A stretch of 49,201 nt of DNA. Source: Deltaproteobacteria bacterium. GTDB taxonomy: Bacteria > CG03 > SLGR01 > JBDRKX01. This document shows positions 26,687-35,813 of this stretch, piece after piece (positions within the stretch are counted from its first letter, which is position 1; each line of letters begins with the position of its first letter). The stretch covers positions 1 to 49,201 of the forward strand of contig JAIVZN010000003.1 in assembly GCA_048634875.1 (NCBI GenBank), given 5' to 3'. Both the position numbers and the translations under genes were made by a program. The notes beneath the pieces were generated by a model. That model was not told where the DNA came from, made no database searches, and saw nothing but the letters and a program-made list of their open reading frames with translations.

Positions 26687-27526
26687 ATGAATAGTAAGAT
26701 TTCTTTGATAATCTTTTTTATTTTTCTTACAGGGTGTGCAACTACAGGAAAAAATCAAATTATATTAACTGCAGGTGAAAAACAGGAAAAAATAAATAAA
26801 TGCCTCAATAAAGGCGTTAAGTATTATCAAAATAATAAATTTACAAAAGCCAGGCAGGAGTTTGAAAAGTTTTTTTCTCTTATGAATATTAAAGCTAAAA
26901 TTGAATTTGAAGAACTTTCAGATATGGCATCTTACCAGGAAATACTAAAAGAATATATTGATAAAATAGAACCTGAACTTCTTAACAGGACAAGTAGTAT
27001 TCAGGCTATATATGCGCAGGGCCTGGCTCTTTATGAAATCGGGCAGTATAAACCTTCAATAGAATATTTTGCAAAAGTATTAGTGCTTGAGCCGGATTAT
27101 AAAGATACTATAAAATATATAATTCAGGCAAATATGGAAATCCGTAAAATTAAAGAGGCTGCAGAGAAAAAAAGATTGGAAAAAGAGAAAGAAAGGAAAA
27201 TAAAGGAGGAAAAAAAGAAATTCAAAAAATATTACGCAGACGGTTTAAATTTTTACAATAAAAACCGGATGGAAAAAGCAATTGTTGAATTCAGGAAAGT
27301 ATTAGAGATTAAACCTGAACATGAGAAAGCAAGAAAATATTTTGATAAAATCAGTATTCAACTCTTTGATAAAGCTAAGGAATATTACAAAGAAGGTTTA
27401 ACAGTATATGGCGATGGCGATATAGAGCAGGCCATACAGTTATGGGAAAAAGCTTTAAAACTGGCGCCTGATTATCCGCAGGTGCAAAAAGCGCTTGAAA
27501 GAGCGAAAGCTAAAATTAAAAAATGA
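26687..27526 (+). CDS. TPR lipoprotein
   Basis: Lipobox LTGC; dispersed TPR motifs with a charged coiled coil. Confidence 0.8.
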   Translation: MNSKISLIIFFIFLTGCATTGKNQIILTAGEKQEKINKCLNKGVKYYQNNKFTKARQEFEKFFSLMNIKAKIEFEELSDMASYQEILKEYIDKIEPELLNRTSSIQAIYAQGLALYEIGQYKPSIEYFAKVLVLEPDYKDTIKYIIQANMEIRKIKEAAEKKRLEKEKERKIKEEKKKFKKYYADGLNFYNKNRMEKAIVEFRKVLEIKPEHEKARKYFDKISIQLFDKAKEYYKEGLTVYGDGDIEQAIQLWEKALKLAPDYPQVQKALERAKAKIKK

Positions 27527-28896
27527 AATTAAAGCAGGAATTTAGTTTATTAGCAAGTTTACTTGTAGTTATTGTAGTTGTTGGCATGAGTAGTAATTTT
27601 TTTATATATGAACGAGATTTTTTGATTAAAGAGATGAAAAATAATGAGATAAGTATATTTGAAAGTTTTATAGAGATGTCTAACGAAGCATTAAGCCTTC
27701 ATGATGAGTTGCTGCTTCTGAATTATATTAATTTAATTAAGAAAATAAATAAAAATGTAGTTTATATGATATTTAAAAGCGCTGACGGGCATATGCTGTC
27801 AGTTCCAAAAAGTAAGCAGTTACATTATGTTTTACCTTCCCGGATTTATTTTAGTCCATCCGGGGAAGAAATATGCGATATGGCCCACCCTGTTATAATT
27901 GACGGGAAAGAAGCCGGTGTAGTACAGATAGGTTTTTCTCAAGATATTTTAAAAAGCGAAGTAAAGAAAACATTGAAAAAGACAGGTGAAAGAATTTTTG
28001 GTATAGCTCTAATTGCTTTAGTAATCAGTATTTTAGCGTCTGTATTATTAGCAAATACAATGACCAAACCTATTAAAAAGTTGACTCAAGGAGCTAAGTT
28101 GATAGGCGACGGTAATCTTGAGCAGAGAATAATTGTTAAAAGCACAAATGAATTTGGGGATTTAGCTGAGGAGTTCAATAAAATGGCTTTAAAGTTAAAA
28201 GAACTTGATGAGATTAAGGATAACTTTATTTCCAGTGTTTCTCATGAATTAAAATCGCCTCTTTCTTATATTAAAGGATACATTGACCTTTTTTTAGCTG
28301 AAAGTAAAGAAATTCTTTCAAAAGAACATAGCGAGTATTTTACTGTAATAAAAAATAATATAAATAGACTCTCTAATTTTATCAGCGATATTTTAGACCT
28401 TGCTAAAATAAAAGCCGGGCATGTAATAGTAAAGAAAGAACCTTGTAACTTAAGAAAAATTGCTATGGAAATAGCGGCTTTTTGTAAACCCAGAGCCGAA
28501 AAAAGGAAAATAACAATAACAGTATTAATACCGGAAGATATGCCTCAAATTTCGTGTGATATACAGAAAATAAATCAGGTTCTTAATAATCTTTTAGGAA
28601 ATGCGCTTAAATTTACTCCAGAAGGCGGAAAAATAGAAATTAGTACCCGGGATAAAGAAGACAATATTGAAGTTTGTGTAAGTGACAGCGGAATAGGTAT
28701 TCCGGAGGAAGAACTTAATACTGTTTTTGAAAAATTTCAGCAGGTTAAAGCAAATATGGATAAAATAGAAAATGTAAAAGGAACCGGTTTGGGGCTGGCA
28801 ATTGTTAAAGGAATTATTGACACTCACGGAGAGAAGATTTGGGTTGAGAGCGAATTAAATAAAGGAAGTAGATTTATCTTTACTCTTTCCAAATAG
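27523..28896 (+). CDS. HAMP-domain sensor histidine kinase
   Basis: Two TM, HAMP, H-box SHELKSPL, N-box NLLGNALKF, DSGIGI, GTGLGLAI. Confidence 0.95.
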   Translation: MKLKQEFSLLASLLVVIVVVGMSSNFFIYERDFLIKEMKNNEISIFESFIEMSNEALSLHDELLLLNYINLIKKINKNVVYMIFKSADGHMLSVPKSKQLHYVLPSRIYFSPSGEEICDMAHPVIIDGKEAGVVQIGFSQDILKSEVKKTLKKTGERIFGIALIALVISILASVLLANTMTKPIKKLTQGAKLIGDGNLEQRIIVKSTNEFGDLAEEFNKMALKLKELDEIKDNFISSVSHELKSPLSYIKGYIDLFLAESKEILSKEHSEYFTVIKNNINRLSNFISDILDLAKIKAGHVIVKKEPCNLRKIAMEIAAFCKPRAEKRKITITVLIPEDMPQISCDIQKINQVLNNLLGNALKFTPEGGKIEISTRDKEDNIEVCVSDSGIGIPEEELNTVFEKFQQVKANMDKIENVKGTGLGLAIVKGIIDTHGEKIWVESELNKGSRFIFTLSK

Positions 28897-28908
28897 ATAG
28901 GAGGAAAT

Positions 28909-29667
28909 ATGAAGAAAGTTTTGGTAGTTGACGACGAACTTGACATGGCAAATTTAATTAAGTCAAATTTAGAAAAGGGGAAATATGAAGTTATCTGCGC
29001 ATTAAGCGGAAAAGAAGGGATAGAAAAAGCTAAGGAGATCCATCCTGATATTATAACTCTTGATATTTTAATGCCTGGTATGGATGGGTTTCAGGTTCTT
29101 GAAACCTTAAAAAATGATCCGGAACTTAGCAGAATACCGGTTATCCTAATATCTATTGTAGCTGATGCCAAGAAAGAAAAAGGGTTCAATTTAGGCGCAG
29201 TTGACTATATAAAAAAACCGGTAGATTTTGAAAGTCTGTCAAGTAGCATTAATAAAGTAATGGAAAATTTATCTCAAAAATCAACGGCGGAAAAAAATAT
29301 ATTGATAATTGATGATGAAAAAAATATGGCTTATCTGGCTAAGAGTTTTTTAATAAAAAGAGGATTTGAGGTATCTTGCGCATTAAGCGGATATGAAGGT
29401 CTTAATTTAGCCCGGGAAAATAAACCGGATTTAATTATTCTTGATTTAGCAATGCCAGGCATGGATGGTTTTGAAGTAATAAAGAAACTAAAAAGCAATA
29501 AAGAAACAAATAGTATTCCAATTATTATTTTAACTTCTTCTATTAGTGAAAAAAATAAAGAAAAATGCCTTTTGCTTGGAGCAGCGGAATATTTAGACAA
29601 ATCTTTTTTTTCTGAAGATACTTTGGTTAAAGAAATTGAAGAACATTTGAAAGAGTTGGATAAGTGA
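28909..29667 (+). CDS. Response regulator with two receiver domains and no output domain
   Basis: VVDD..LDILMPGMDG..KP and IIDD..LDLAMPGMDG..K. Confidence 0.9.
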   Translation: MKKVLVVDDELDMANLIKSNLEKGKYEVICALSGKEGIEKAKEIHPDIITLDILMPGMDGFQVLETLKNDPELSRIPVILISIVADAKKEKGFNLGAVDYIKKPVDFESLSSSINKVMENLSQKSTAEKNILIIDDEKNMAYLAKSFLIKRGFEVSCALSGYEGLNLARENKPDLIILDLAMPGMDGFEVIKKLKSNKETNSIPIIILTSSISEKNKEKCLLLGAAEYLDKSFFSEDTLVKEIEEHLKELDK

Positions 29668-29699
29668 GCGAATGAATGGAGGATTGATTAATAACTGTT

Positions 29700-30563
29700 A
29701 TGGATAAAACAAAAATATTAATTGTAGATGATGAAGAAGCTGGCAGAAAGCTGATAAAAACTATTTTAAGTCAGGCAAATTACGATACCTATGAAGCGTC
29801 AAATGGCGAAGAAGCTCTGAGAATATTGTACCAGGAAATACCTGATTTAATTATCCTTGATATTAGGATGCCTAAAATGGATGGTTACCAGCTATGTTAT
29901 GAAATAAGGAGTAATATTTCGTTTAAGAACATACCTGTTATAATGCTGACAGTTATGGGAGATACACTTGATAAAATCAGGGGACACCATTTAGGCATAG
30001 ACGATTATATTACCAAACCCTTTGAACCTGAAGAATTTTTAGCGCGGGTTGGTTCTGTTTTAAAAAGAAGAAAAGTCTATGAAGAAATTTCCATGACTGA
30101 CGGAGTTACAGGATTATATAATATACACTTTTTTAAAAAACAGCTTGAAATATTTTTCAATATGGCAAGAAGAAATAATCAGGAGTTTTCTCTTGCTATT
30201 ATTGATGTTAATAAATTTAAGAAAATAAATGATAAATTTGGTCATGTTGTTGGAGATTATGTTTTAAAGAAAATTTCATCAATAATGAAAGATGTACTTA
30301 GAAAAACCGATATAATCACAAGATACGGCGGGGATGAGTTTGCTATTATTTTGCCGAAATTAAGTAATGAGCAAGCCATTACTGCAATGAAAAAATTAAA
30401 GAAGAAAATAAAAAACGGGGAATTTATTTCTGAGAAAACCGGCAAAAAATTTAATGTTTCTATGAGTACAGGTGTCGCAACCTGGGAAAATACAATTATA
30501 AATGAAACTCAATTATTTGAGTTAGCTGACGCTGATATGTATAAAGATAAGAAAGCTGTATAA
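29700..30563 (+). CDS. REC-GGDEF diguanylate cyclase
   Basis: Receiver domain; RKTD I-site followed by RYGGDEF. Confidence 0.93.
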   Translation: MDKTKILIVDDEEAGRKLIKTILSQANYDTYEASNGEEALRILYQEIPDLIILDIRMPKMDGYQLCYEIRSNISFKNIPVIMLTVMGDTLDKIRGHHLGIDDYITKPFEPEEFLARVGSVLKRRKVYEEISMTDGVTGLYNIHFFKKQLEIFFNMARRNNQEFSLAIIDVNKFKKINDKFGHVVGDYVLKKISSIMKDVLRKTDIITRYGGDEFAIILPKLSNEQAITAMKKLKKKIKNGEFISEKTGKKFNVSMSTGVATWENTIINETQLFELADADMYKDKKAV

Positions 30564-30574
30564 ATTTTTTAGAG

Positions 30575-31162
30575 TCAGATAAGCTGCTTTAAATTTTTTA
30601 CTGTAGTAACAGGATCTTCTGATAAGTTTATTGCTGATGATACAGCAACTATCCGGGTAATATTTTTCAGCAGGGAAATGTTTTGCGTATTTATCCCGCC
30701 AACAGGTATAACAGGAATATTAACACTTTTCTTAATTTTTAAATAACCTTCTATATGTATTACATCTCTTTTCAATTTTTTTGTCTTTGTTGGGAATACA
30801 GGGCCGCATCCTATATAATCCGCGCCTTCTTTCTCTGCAAGCCTCGCGCCATCCAAAGTATGTCTTGAAACACCTATAATGCCTTTAAATATCTTTCTTG
30901 CAGCCTGCTGAGGCATATCTCCCATGCCAAGATGAACACCATCAGCATCTATAAGTTTAGCAATATCCAGCCGGTTATTTATTATTAAAGGTATTGTAAG
31001 AATTTCTTTAAGTTTTTTTGCTGTGAAATATAAATCCCTGTCGTTTAATTCCGGCGAGCGGAGCTGAATAACTGAGATATAAGGAAGAATCTTTTTTATA
31101 CTTTCCTGCCATGGCTGTTTCTTCCACAAGACAGGATTAAAAAGAAAATATATGCCTTTCAT
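30575..31162 (-). CDS. thiE: Thiamine-phosphate synthase family (ThiE/TenI)
   Basis: IQLR, IINNR.D, DGVHLG, GADYI.CGPVFPT.TK, VGGI. Some motif drift (QLRSP, INNR). Confidence 0.8.
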   Translation of the reverse strand: MKGIYFLFNPVLWKKQPWQESIKKILPYISVIQLRSPELNDRDLYFTAKKLKEILTIPLIINNRLDIAKLIDADGVHLGMGDMPQQAARKIFKGIIGVSRHTLDGARLAEKEGADYIGCGPVFPTKTKKLKRDVIHIEGYLKIKKSVNIPVIPVGGINTQNISLLKNITRIVAVSSAINLSEDPVTTVKNLKQLI

Positions 31163-31164
31163 CT

Positions 31165-31668
31165 CTAATAAAGCGAGAATACCTTTCCTTTTATATTATT
31201 CTCAGGAACAGTTTCCATCTGAGGCCCTTCTTCTTCAAGCCAGTCACGGGAATCCCTGCTCACATCCCTGTTATCGCCCATAACAAAATATTGATTTTCA
31301 GGAATTGTAAACGGTTCAATGTTATCGCCTACAAACAGTATATCTCCGTGAATATACCGTACATAGTCCTCTTCAAGTAATTCGCCGTCAATATACACCT
31401 GTTTATCTTTCATGGATATGATTTCAAACGGAAGCCCTATAATTCTTTTAACCATCTCTTTATCTGACACAGGTGACTGGACTAAAACAATATCACCTCT
31501 TCCGGGAGATTTAAAAAGGTATGCAGCTTTATTTATTATGAGTTCATCTTTAACACTGTAGGTGGGTTCCATGGAAGACGAGGCTATATAAATAACTTCA
31601 AAACAGTAATGCCTGAATAACAATGCAAGGACAACGCCAATAAGAATTACAAACAAAAGTCTTTTCAC
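31165..31668 (-). CDS. lepB: Signal peptidase I
   Basis: SSSMEPT (Ser), VKRIIG (Lys), GDNR..SRDSR. Confidence 0.92.
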   Translation of the reverse strand: MKRLLFVILIGVVLALLFRHYCFEVIYIASSSMEPTYSVKDELIINKAAYLFKSPGRGDIVLVQSPVSDKEMVKRIIGLPFEIISMKDKQVYIDGELLEEDYVRYIHGDILFVGDNIEPFTIPENQYFVMGDNRDVSRDSRDWLEEEGPQMETVPENNIKGKVFSLY

Positions 31669-32051
31669 TATTTGTTTTTATACATTTCTTCCGGTTCTTT
31701 TACTTTTTCATCTACTATCTTCCATTCGTCTTCATTCCATTTCCTGTAAAAACATGAGCGGTATCCTTTATGACAGGCGCAGTTTCCAGCCTGTTTAACT
31801 TTTAAAAGTATAGTATCCTTGTCACAGTCTATATATATTTCTTTAACTTCCTGAATATTACCTGATTCCTCGCCCTTAAGCCAGAGCTTATTGCGCGAGC
31901 GTGAAAAATAACAGGCTTTCTTTTCTTTAATTGTTACTTTCAGAGACTCTCTGTTCATATATGCAAGCATAAGAACCCTGTTATCTTTATAATCCTGAGT
32001 AATACATGGTATAATACCTTTTTCATTAAACTTTATATCATTTAAATTCAT
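31668..32051 (-). CDS. hisI: Phosphoribosyl-AMP cyclohydrolase (monofunctional)
   Basis: [29 protein letters not shown]. Confidence 0.95.
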   Translation of the reverse strand: MNLNDIKFNEKGIIPCITQDYKDNRVLMLAYMNRESLKVTIKEKKACYFSRSRNKLWLKGEESGNIQEVKEIYIDCDKDTILLKVKQAGNCACHKGYRSCFYRKWNEDEWKIVDEKVKEPEEMYKNK

Positions 32052-32779
32052 ATAAATTCTCCGGCAACTTTTATTGCATCAGAAAGCACTATATCATTAG
32101 AGTAAAGAGCTTTCCCGATTATAACACCTGTTAAATTTTTAATCTTTAATTCTCTTAATTTTTTTATATCATTAATACAGGATACTCCGCCTGAAGCTAT
32201 TACAGAAATTTTTACACTGTCAGTAATTTCTTTAATTAACTCAAGATTAGTACCTTTAAGCATTCCGTCCTTTTTTATATCAGTTACTATAATCTCTGTT
32301 ACTCCCATATCTTCAGCTTCATTTGCCAATACCAGAGCAGTTTTTGCAGTAACATTTCCCCACCCCTCTACAGCTACTCTACCTGATGTAGAATCAATCC
32401 CGACTGTAATTCTTTCAGGCCACATTTTAAGAACTGATTTCAGGAACTCCCGGTTATGTATTGCTGAAGTTCCCATTATGATGCGATGTACCCCATTATC
32501 AATAAGAGCCTTTACTGTCTCATAATCTCTTATTCCGCCTCCAACCTGGACAGGAATATCAAGTTTTTTTATAATCTTCAATATTACCCTGATATTTTTC
32601 ATTTTTCCGTTAAATGCGCCATCAAGGTCAATTATATGTAACCTTTCAGCACCCTCGGACTGCCATTTTAAAGCCATGGAGAGCGGGTCATCTGAATAAA
32701 TGGTTTCATCTGATGCCCTGCCCTGCATTAACCTTACGCAGTTCCCGTTTTTTATATCAACAGCAGGTATTATAATCAT
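32048..32779 (-). CDS. hisA: ProFAR isomerase
   Basis: IIPAVD...G.CVRL.QG, DLDGA, QVGGGIR, TDI.KDG.L.G, ASGG. Confidence 0.95.
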   Translation of the reverse strand: MIIIPAVDIKNGNCVRLMQGRASDETIYSDDPLSMALKWQSEGAERLHIIDLDGAFNGKMKNIRVILKIIKKLDIPVQVGGGIRDYETVKALIDNGVHRIIMGTSAIHNREFLKSVLKMWPERITVGIDSTSGRVAVEGWGNVTAKTALVLANEAEDMGVTEIIVTDIKKDGMLKGTNLELIKEITDSVKISVIASGGVSCINDIKKLRELKIKNLTGVIIGKALYSNDIVLSDAIKVAGEFI

Positions 32780-32780
32780 G

Positions 32781-32902
32781 AAAATTCAAAGTTTAAAAAT
32801 CAAAATGCAAAATGACAATCCAAAATGTAAAATGTTTCTAAAATTTATTATTTTTGGATTTTGATATGTAATTTTGATTTTTGCATTTTGCATTTTGCAG
32901 TT
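32781..32902. repeat. Heptamer inverted-repeat element (CAAAATG / CATTTTG type)
   Basis: A-rich arm (aaaaatc aaaatgc aaaatg.. caaaatg taaaatg) and T-rich arm (attttg atttttg cattttg cattttg) fill the whole hisB-hisA spacer. Confidence 0.8.
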
Positions 32903-33493
32903 TTATATTGTTCCTTTGGTTGAAGGGATATCTTCTCCTGTTATCTTTACTGCCTGGCGCAGCGCCCGGGCCAGACCTTTAAAAACTGCCTCTGCTATGT
33001 GGTGGTTGTTATCATCTTTACTATGTTTGACACGGGTAATATGTATGGTAGCTTTTAAATTGTCAGATAATGCTTTCATAAATTCTTTTATTAAGGAAAA
33101 ATCAAAACCGGTTTTCCTGTCAAAACCGGCAAACAGGACACCATATACTAAATTCGGCCTTCCACCGATGTCTATTGCTACATCGCATCTTACCTCATCC
33201 ATTACCATCATTGCCCATCCATACCTTTCAATACCCCTGCGGTCGCCAAGTGCTTTATCTAATGCCTTGCCAAGAGTTATTCCTGTATCTTCAACTGTAT
33301 GGTGCAAATCCACCTGCGTATCACCTTTAGCATCTATTTCCATGTCTATCAGGGAATACTTAGCTAATAACTCAAGCATGTGAGTTAAAAACCCGTTAGG
33401 GGTATTTATATCCGATGCGCCTTTCCCGTCTAAGTTAACTTTAACATTTATCCGGGTCTCTTTAGTTTTCCTGTTTATTTTTGCTGTTCTCAT
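32903..33493 (-). CDS. hisB: Imidazoleglycerol-phosphate dehydratase
   Basis: R.TKET, HML, DLHHTVED.GI, MDE, NNHHIAEAVFKG, PSTKG. SD GAGGAG precedes ATG 33493. Confidence 0.95.
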   Translation of the reverse strand: MRTAKINRKTKETRINVKVNLDGKGASDINTPNGFLTHMLELLAKYSLIDMEIDAKGDTQVDLHHTVEDTGITLGKALDKALGDRRGIERYGWAMMVMDEVRCDVAIDIGGRPNLVYGVLFAGFDRKTGFDFSLIKEFMKALSDNLKATIHITRVKHSKDDNNHHIAEAVFKGLARALRQAVKITGEDIPSTKGTI

Positions 33494-33516
33494 GTTTTCT
33501 CCTCTTTCCATAAAGT

Positions 33517-33593
33517 GTCGTAAAGGGTAAACCGTAAAGTGTTTATAATCTATTACTCTTTACTCTTCATTCTTTACGCTTTACCCTTTACGC
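33517..33593. repeat. GTAAAGN / TTTACNC heptamer element, copy 1 (overlaps the hisC 3' end)
   Basis: cgtaaag ggtaaac cgtaaag, core, then tttactc .. tttacgc tttaccc tttacgc. The 28-bp core is identical to 48665-48692. Confidence 0.85.
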
Positions 33594-34620
33594 TTTTCAG
33601 GGTATCAATAAATTTCTTATTTTCTTCTTCTGTGCCAACTGTTACCCTGAGATATTCTCTCAGGCCCGGTGAATTGAACTCCCTGACACCTATCTTATTA
33701 TCTTTTAGTACTTTAAAAATTTTATTTATTTTATTAATCTTCATTAAAATAAAATTTGCTTCAGAAGGATAGGGAATTATACCTTCAATTTTCAGAAGTT
33801 CATTATACATTTTTTCCCTTGAACTTATTAATTTTCTAACCGTCCGGAGTACTTTTTTTCTATCTTCTAAAACTGTTTCCATGATTTTCTGATTTATGAT
33901 ACTTAAATTATATGGAAGCTGCGCTTTTCTTAAGCTTTTCATAAGCTCAGGATTACCTGCCATATAACCTGCCCTGATACCTGCAAGTGAAAATGCTTTT
34001 GAAAATGTTCTTAATATTAGAAGATTCGGATAACTCTTTATTTCATTCATGAAAGTTTTTCCTGAAAACTCAAAGTATGCTTCATCAATTACTATAAGCC
34101 CCTTGGAATGTTTCAGTATTTCTTTAATTTCCCCTTTAAAAAAACAATTACCTGTTGGATTATTTGGATACGCTATAAAAATTATATCCGGATTTTCATC
34201 AAGAATTTCCCGAACAGGCAATTTAAAGTCAAAATCTAACGGGATATCCCTAAATTTTGTATCTGTTAACTCTGATAATATCTTATACATTGCAAATGTA
34301 GGAGCAGGAGATACAACAACTTTGTTTCTTCCGCCACAGGCAATAAGTATTGTCAGTATCAACTCATCAGAACCATTACCCGCAAGAATATTATTCGGTA
34401 AAATATTACAGTAGTCTGCTATAAGTTTTTTAAGCCTTCTATACCCCGGGGCAGGATAACGGTTTAATTCTATACTGTTTAAAATATCATTTATTTTACA
34501 TCTCACATCAGGATGAACAGGGTAGGGGTTTTCCTGCGCATTAAGCTTTATTTCTCCTTCATCTACAGGCTTAACAGCGTAAGATTTTAATTTCTTAATT
34601 TTATTGGCTAAAAAATCCAT
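33574..34620 (-). CDS. hisC: Histidinol-phosphate aminotransferase
   Basis: NRYP, GNGSDE, PNNPTG, DEAY, RTFSKAFSLAGIRAG. Confidence 0.95.
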   Translation of the reverse strand: MDFLANKIKKLKSYAVKPVDEGEIKLNAQENPYPVHPDVRCKINDILNSIELNRYPAPGYRRLKKLIADYCNILPNNILAGNGSDELILTILIACGGRNKVVVSPAPTFAMYKILSELTDTKFRDIPLDFDFKLPVREILDENPDIIFIAYPNNPTGNCFFKGEIKEILKHSKGLIVIDEAYFEFSGKTFMNEIKSYPNLLILRTFSKAFSLAGIRAGYMAGNPELMKSLRKAQLPYNLSIINQKIMETVLEDRKKVLRTVRKLISSREKMYNELLKIEGIIPYPSEANFILMKINKINKIFKVLKDNKIGVREFNSPGLREYLRVTVGTEEENKKFIDTLKSVKGKA

Positions 34621-34655
34621 TTTTTTGCATTCCTAAAAGAGTTGCGCATATCCTC

Positions 34656-35813
34656 TCATGTTCTTTTCATTACAGATTCAGCGTGGTACTTCATTCCTTC
34701 TTCATTTGCAAATCCTGAAATTATAGGAGCTAAATCTTTTATATTTTCATTACTGCATTTTATAAAAGAAACTTTTTTTAAAAAACTTCTCACATTTAAT
34801 CCTTCCTGAAATTTTGCAGTTCTTCCTGTAGGAAGCGTATGGGAAGGGCCTGCCAGGTAATCCCCTAATGCAACAGGTGTAAAACTACCTAAAAATACTG
34901 CGCCTGCATTTTTTATTTTATCTTCAATACCACTGATATTTTCATCAGCGCACATTATTTGAAGATGTTCAGGAGCTAAAGAATTAGATTTTTCTACAGC
35001 AGAATTAAAATCTGCAACTTTTAAAAACTTAATCCTGTCAGAAAATTCTTCCTGAATATGTTTTTTAACTTTTTCTATTAAGCTCTCTGACGGAGTTATT
35101 AAAATACCGCTGCAATCCAGAGCATGTTCCGCCTGCGCCATGAGGTCAACAGCTATCCATTCCGGATTCTGAAATTCGTCTGCAATGATTACCACTTCGC
35201 TCGGCCCTGCAATCATATCTATCCCGACTTTATCCGATAAAAACATTTTTGCTTCCTGGACATATTTATTGCCGGGACCGACTATTTTTTCTACCTTTGG
35301 TATAGTCTGGGTTCCAAAAGCTAATGCTGCAATTGCCTGTGCCCCACCTACTCTGAATATTCTGTCAACACCTGCTATTTCTGCTGCCCTGAGTACTGAA
35401 GAATTAAGTTTTTCAGGTGGAGTCACCATGTAAATTTTTTTTACACCTGCAACTTTTGCAGGTATTGCCGACATAAGCACAGTTGACGGATAACTGTATT
35501 TACCACCCGGAACATATATACCAATACTTTCTACCGGGATAAATTTATCTTTAATATACACGCCATTATTATCTATTTCAGATTCTTTATAAATATCCTG
35601 CATTTCAGCATAGTTTTTAATATTCATGGCCGCCTTATTAAGAATATTCAGGAATTCTGTATCAATACTGCCTGCTTTTTTCTTCCATTCGTTTTTAGTT
35701 ACTTCTAAATCCTCTCTCTTTATTTTTATACCATCAAATACTTTTGTATATTTTATTAACGCTTTATCGCCATTATCGTGTACATCCTGTATTATTTTTT
35801 TCACTCTATCCAT
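34656..35813 (-). CDS. hisD: Histidinol dehydrogenase (compact, 385 aa)
   Basis: GIYVPGG, GGAQAIAALAFGT, GPGN.YV, DMIAGPSE, QAEH, APEHL, GDY.AGPSHTLPT. Confidence 0.95.
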   Translation of the reverse strand: MDRVKKIIQDVHDNGDKALIKYTKVFDGIKIKREDLEVTKNEWKKKAGSIDTEFLNILNKAAMNIKNYAEMQDIYKESEIDNNGVYIKDKFIPVESIGIYVPGGKYSYPSTVLMSAIPAKVAGVKKIYMVTPPEKLNSSVLRAAEIAGVDRIFRVGGAQAIAALAFGTQTIPKVEKIVGPGNKYVQEAKMFLSDKVGIDMIAGPSEVVIIADEFQNPEWIAVDLMAQAEHALDCSGILITPSESLIEKVKKHIQEEFSDRIKFLKVADFNSAVEKSNSLAPEHLQIMCADENISGIEDKIKNAGAVFLGSFTPVALGDYLAGPSHTLPTGRTAKFQEGLNVRSFLKKVSFIKCSNENIKDLAPIISGFANEEGMKYHAESVMKRT

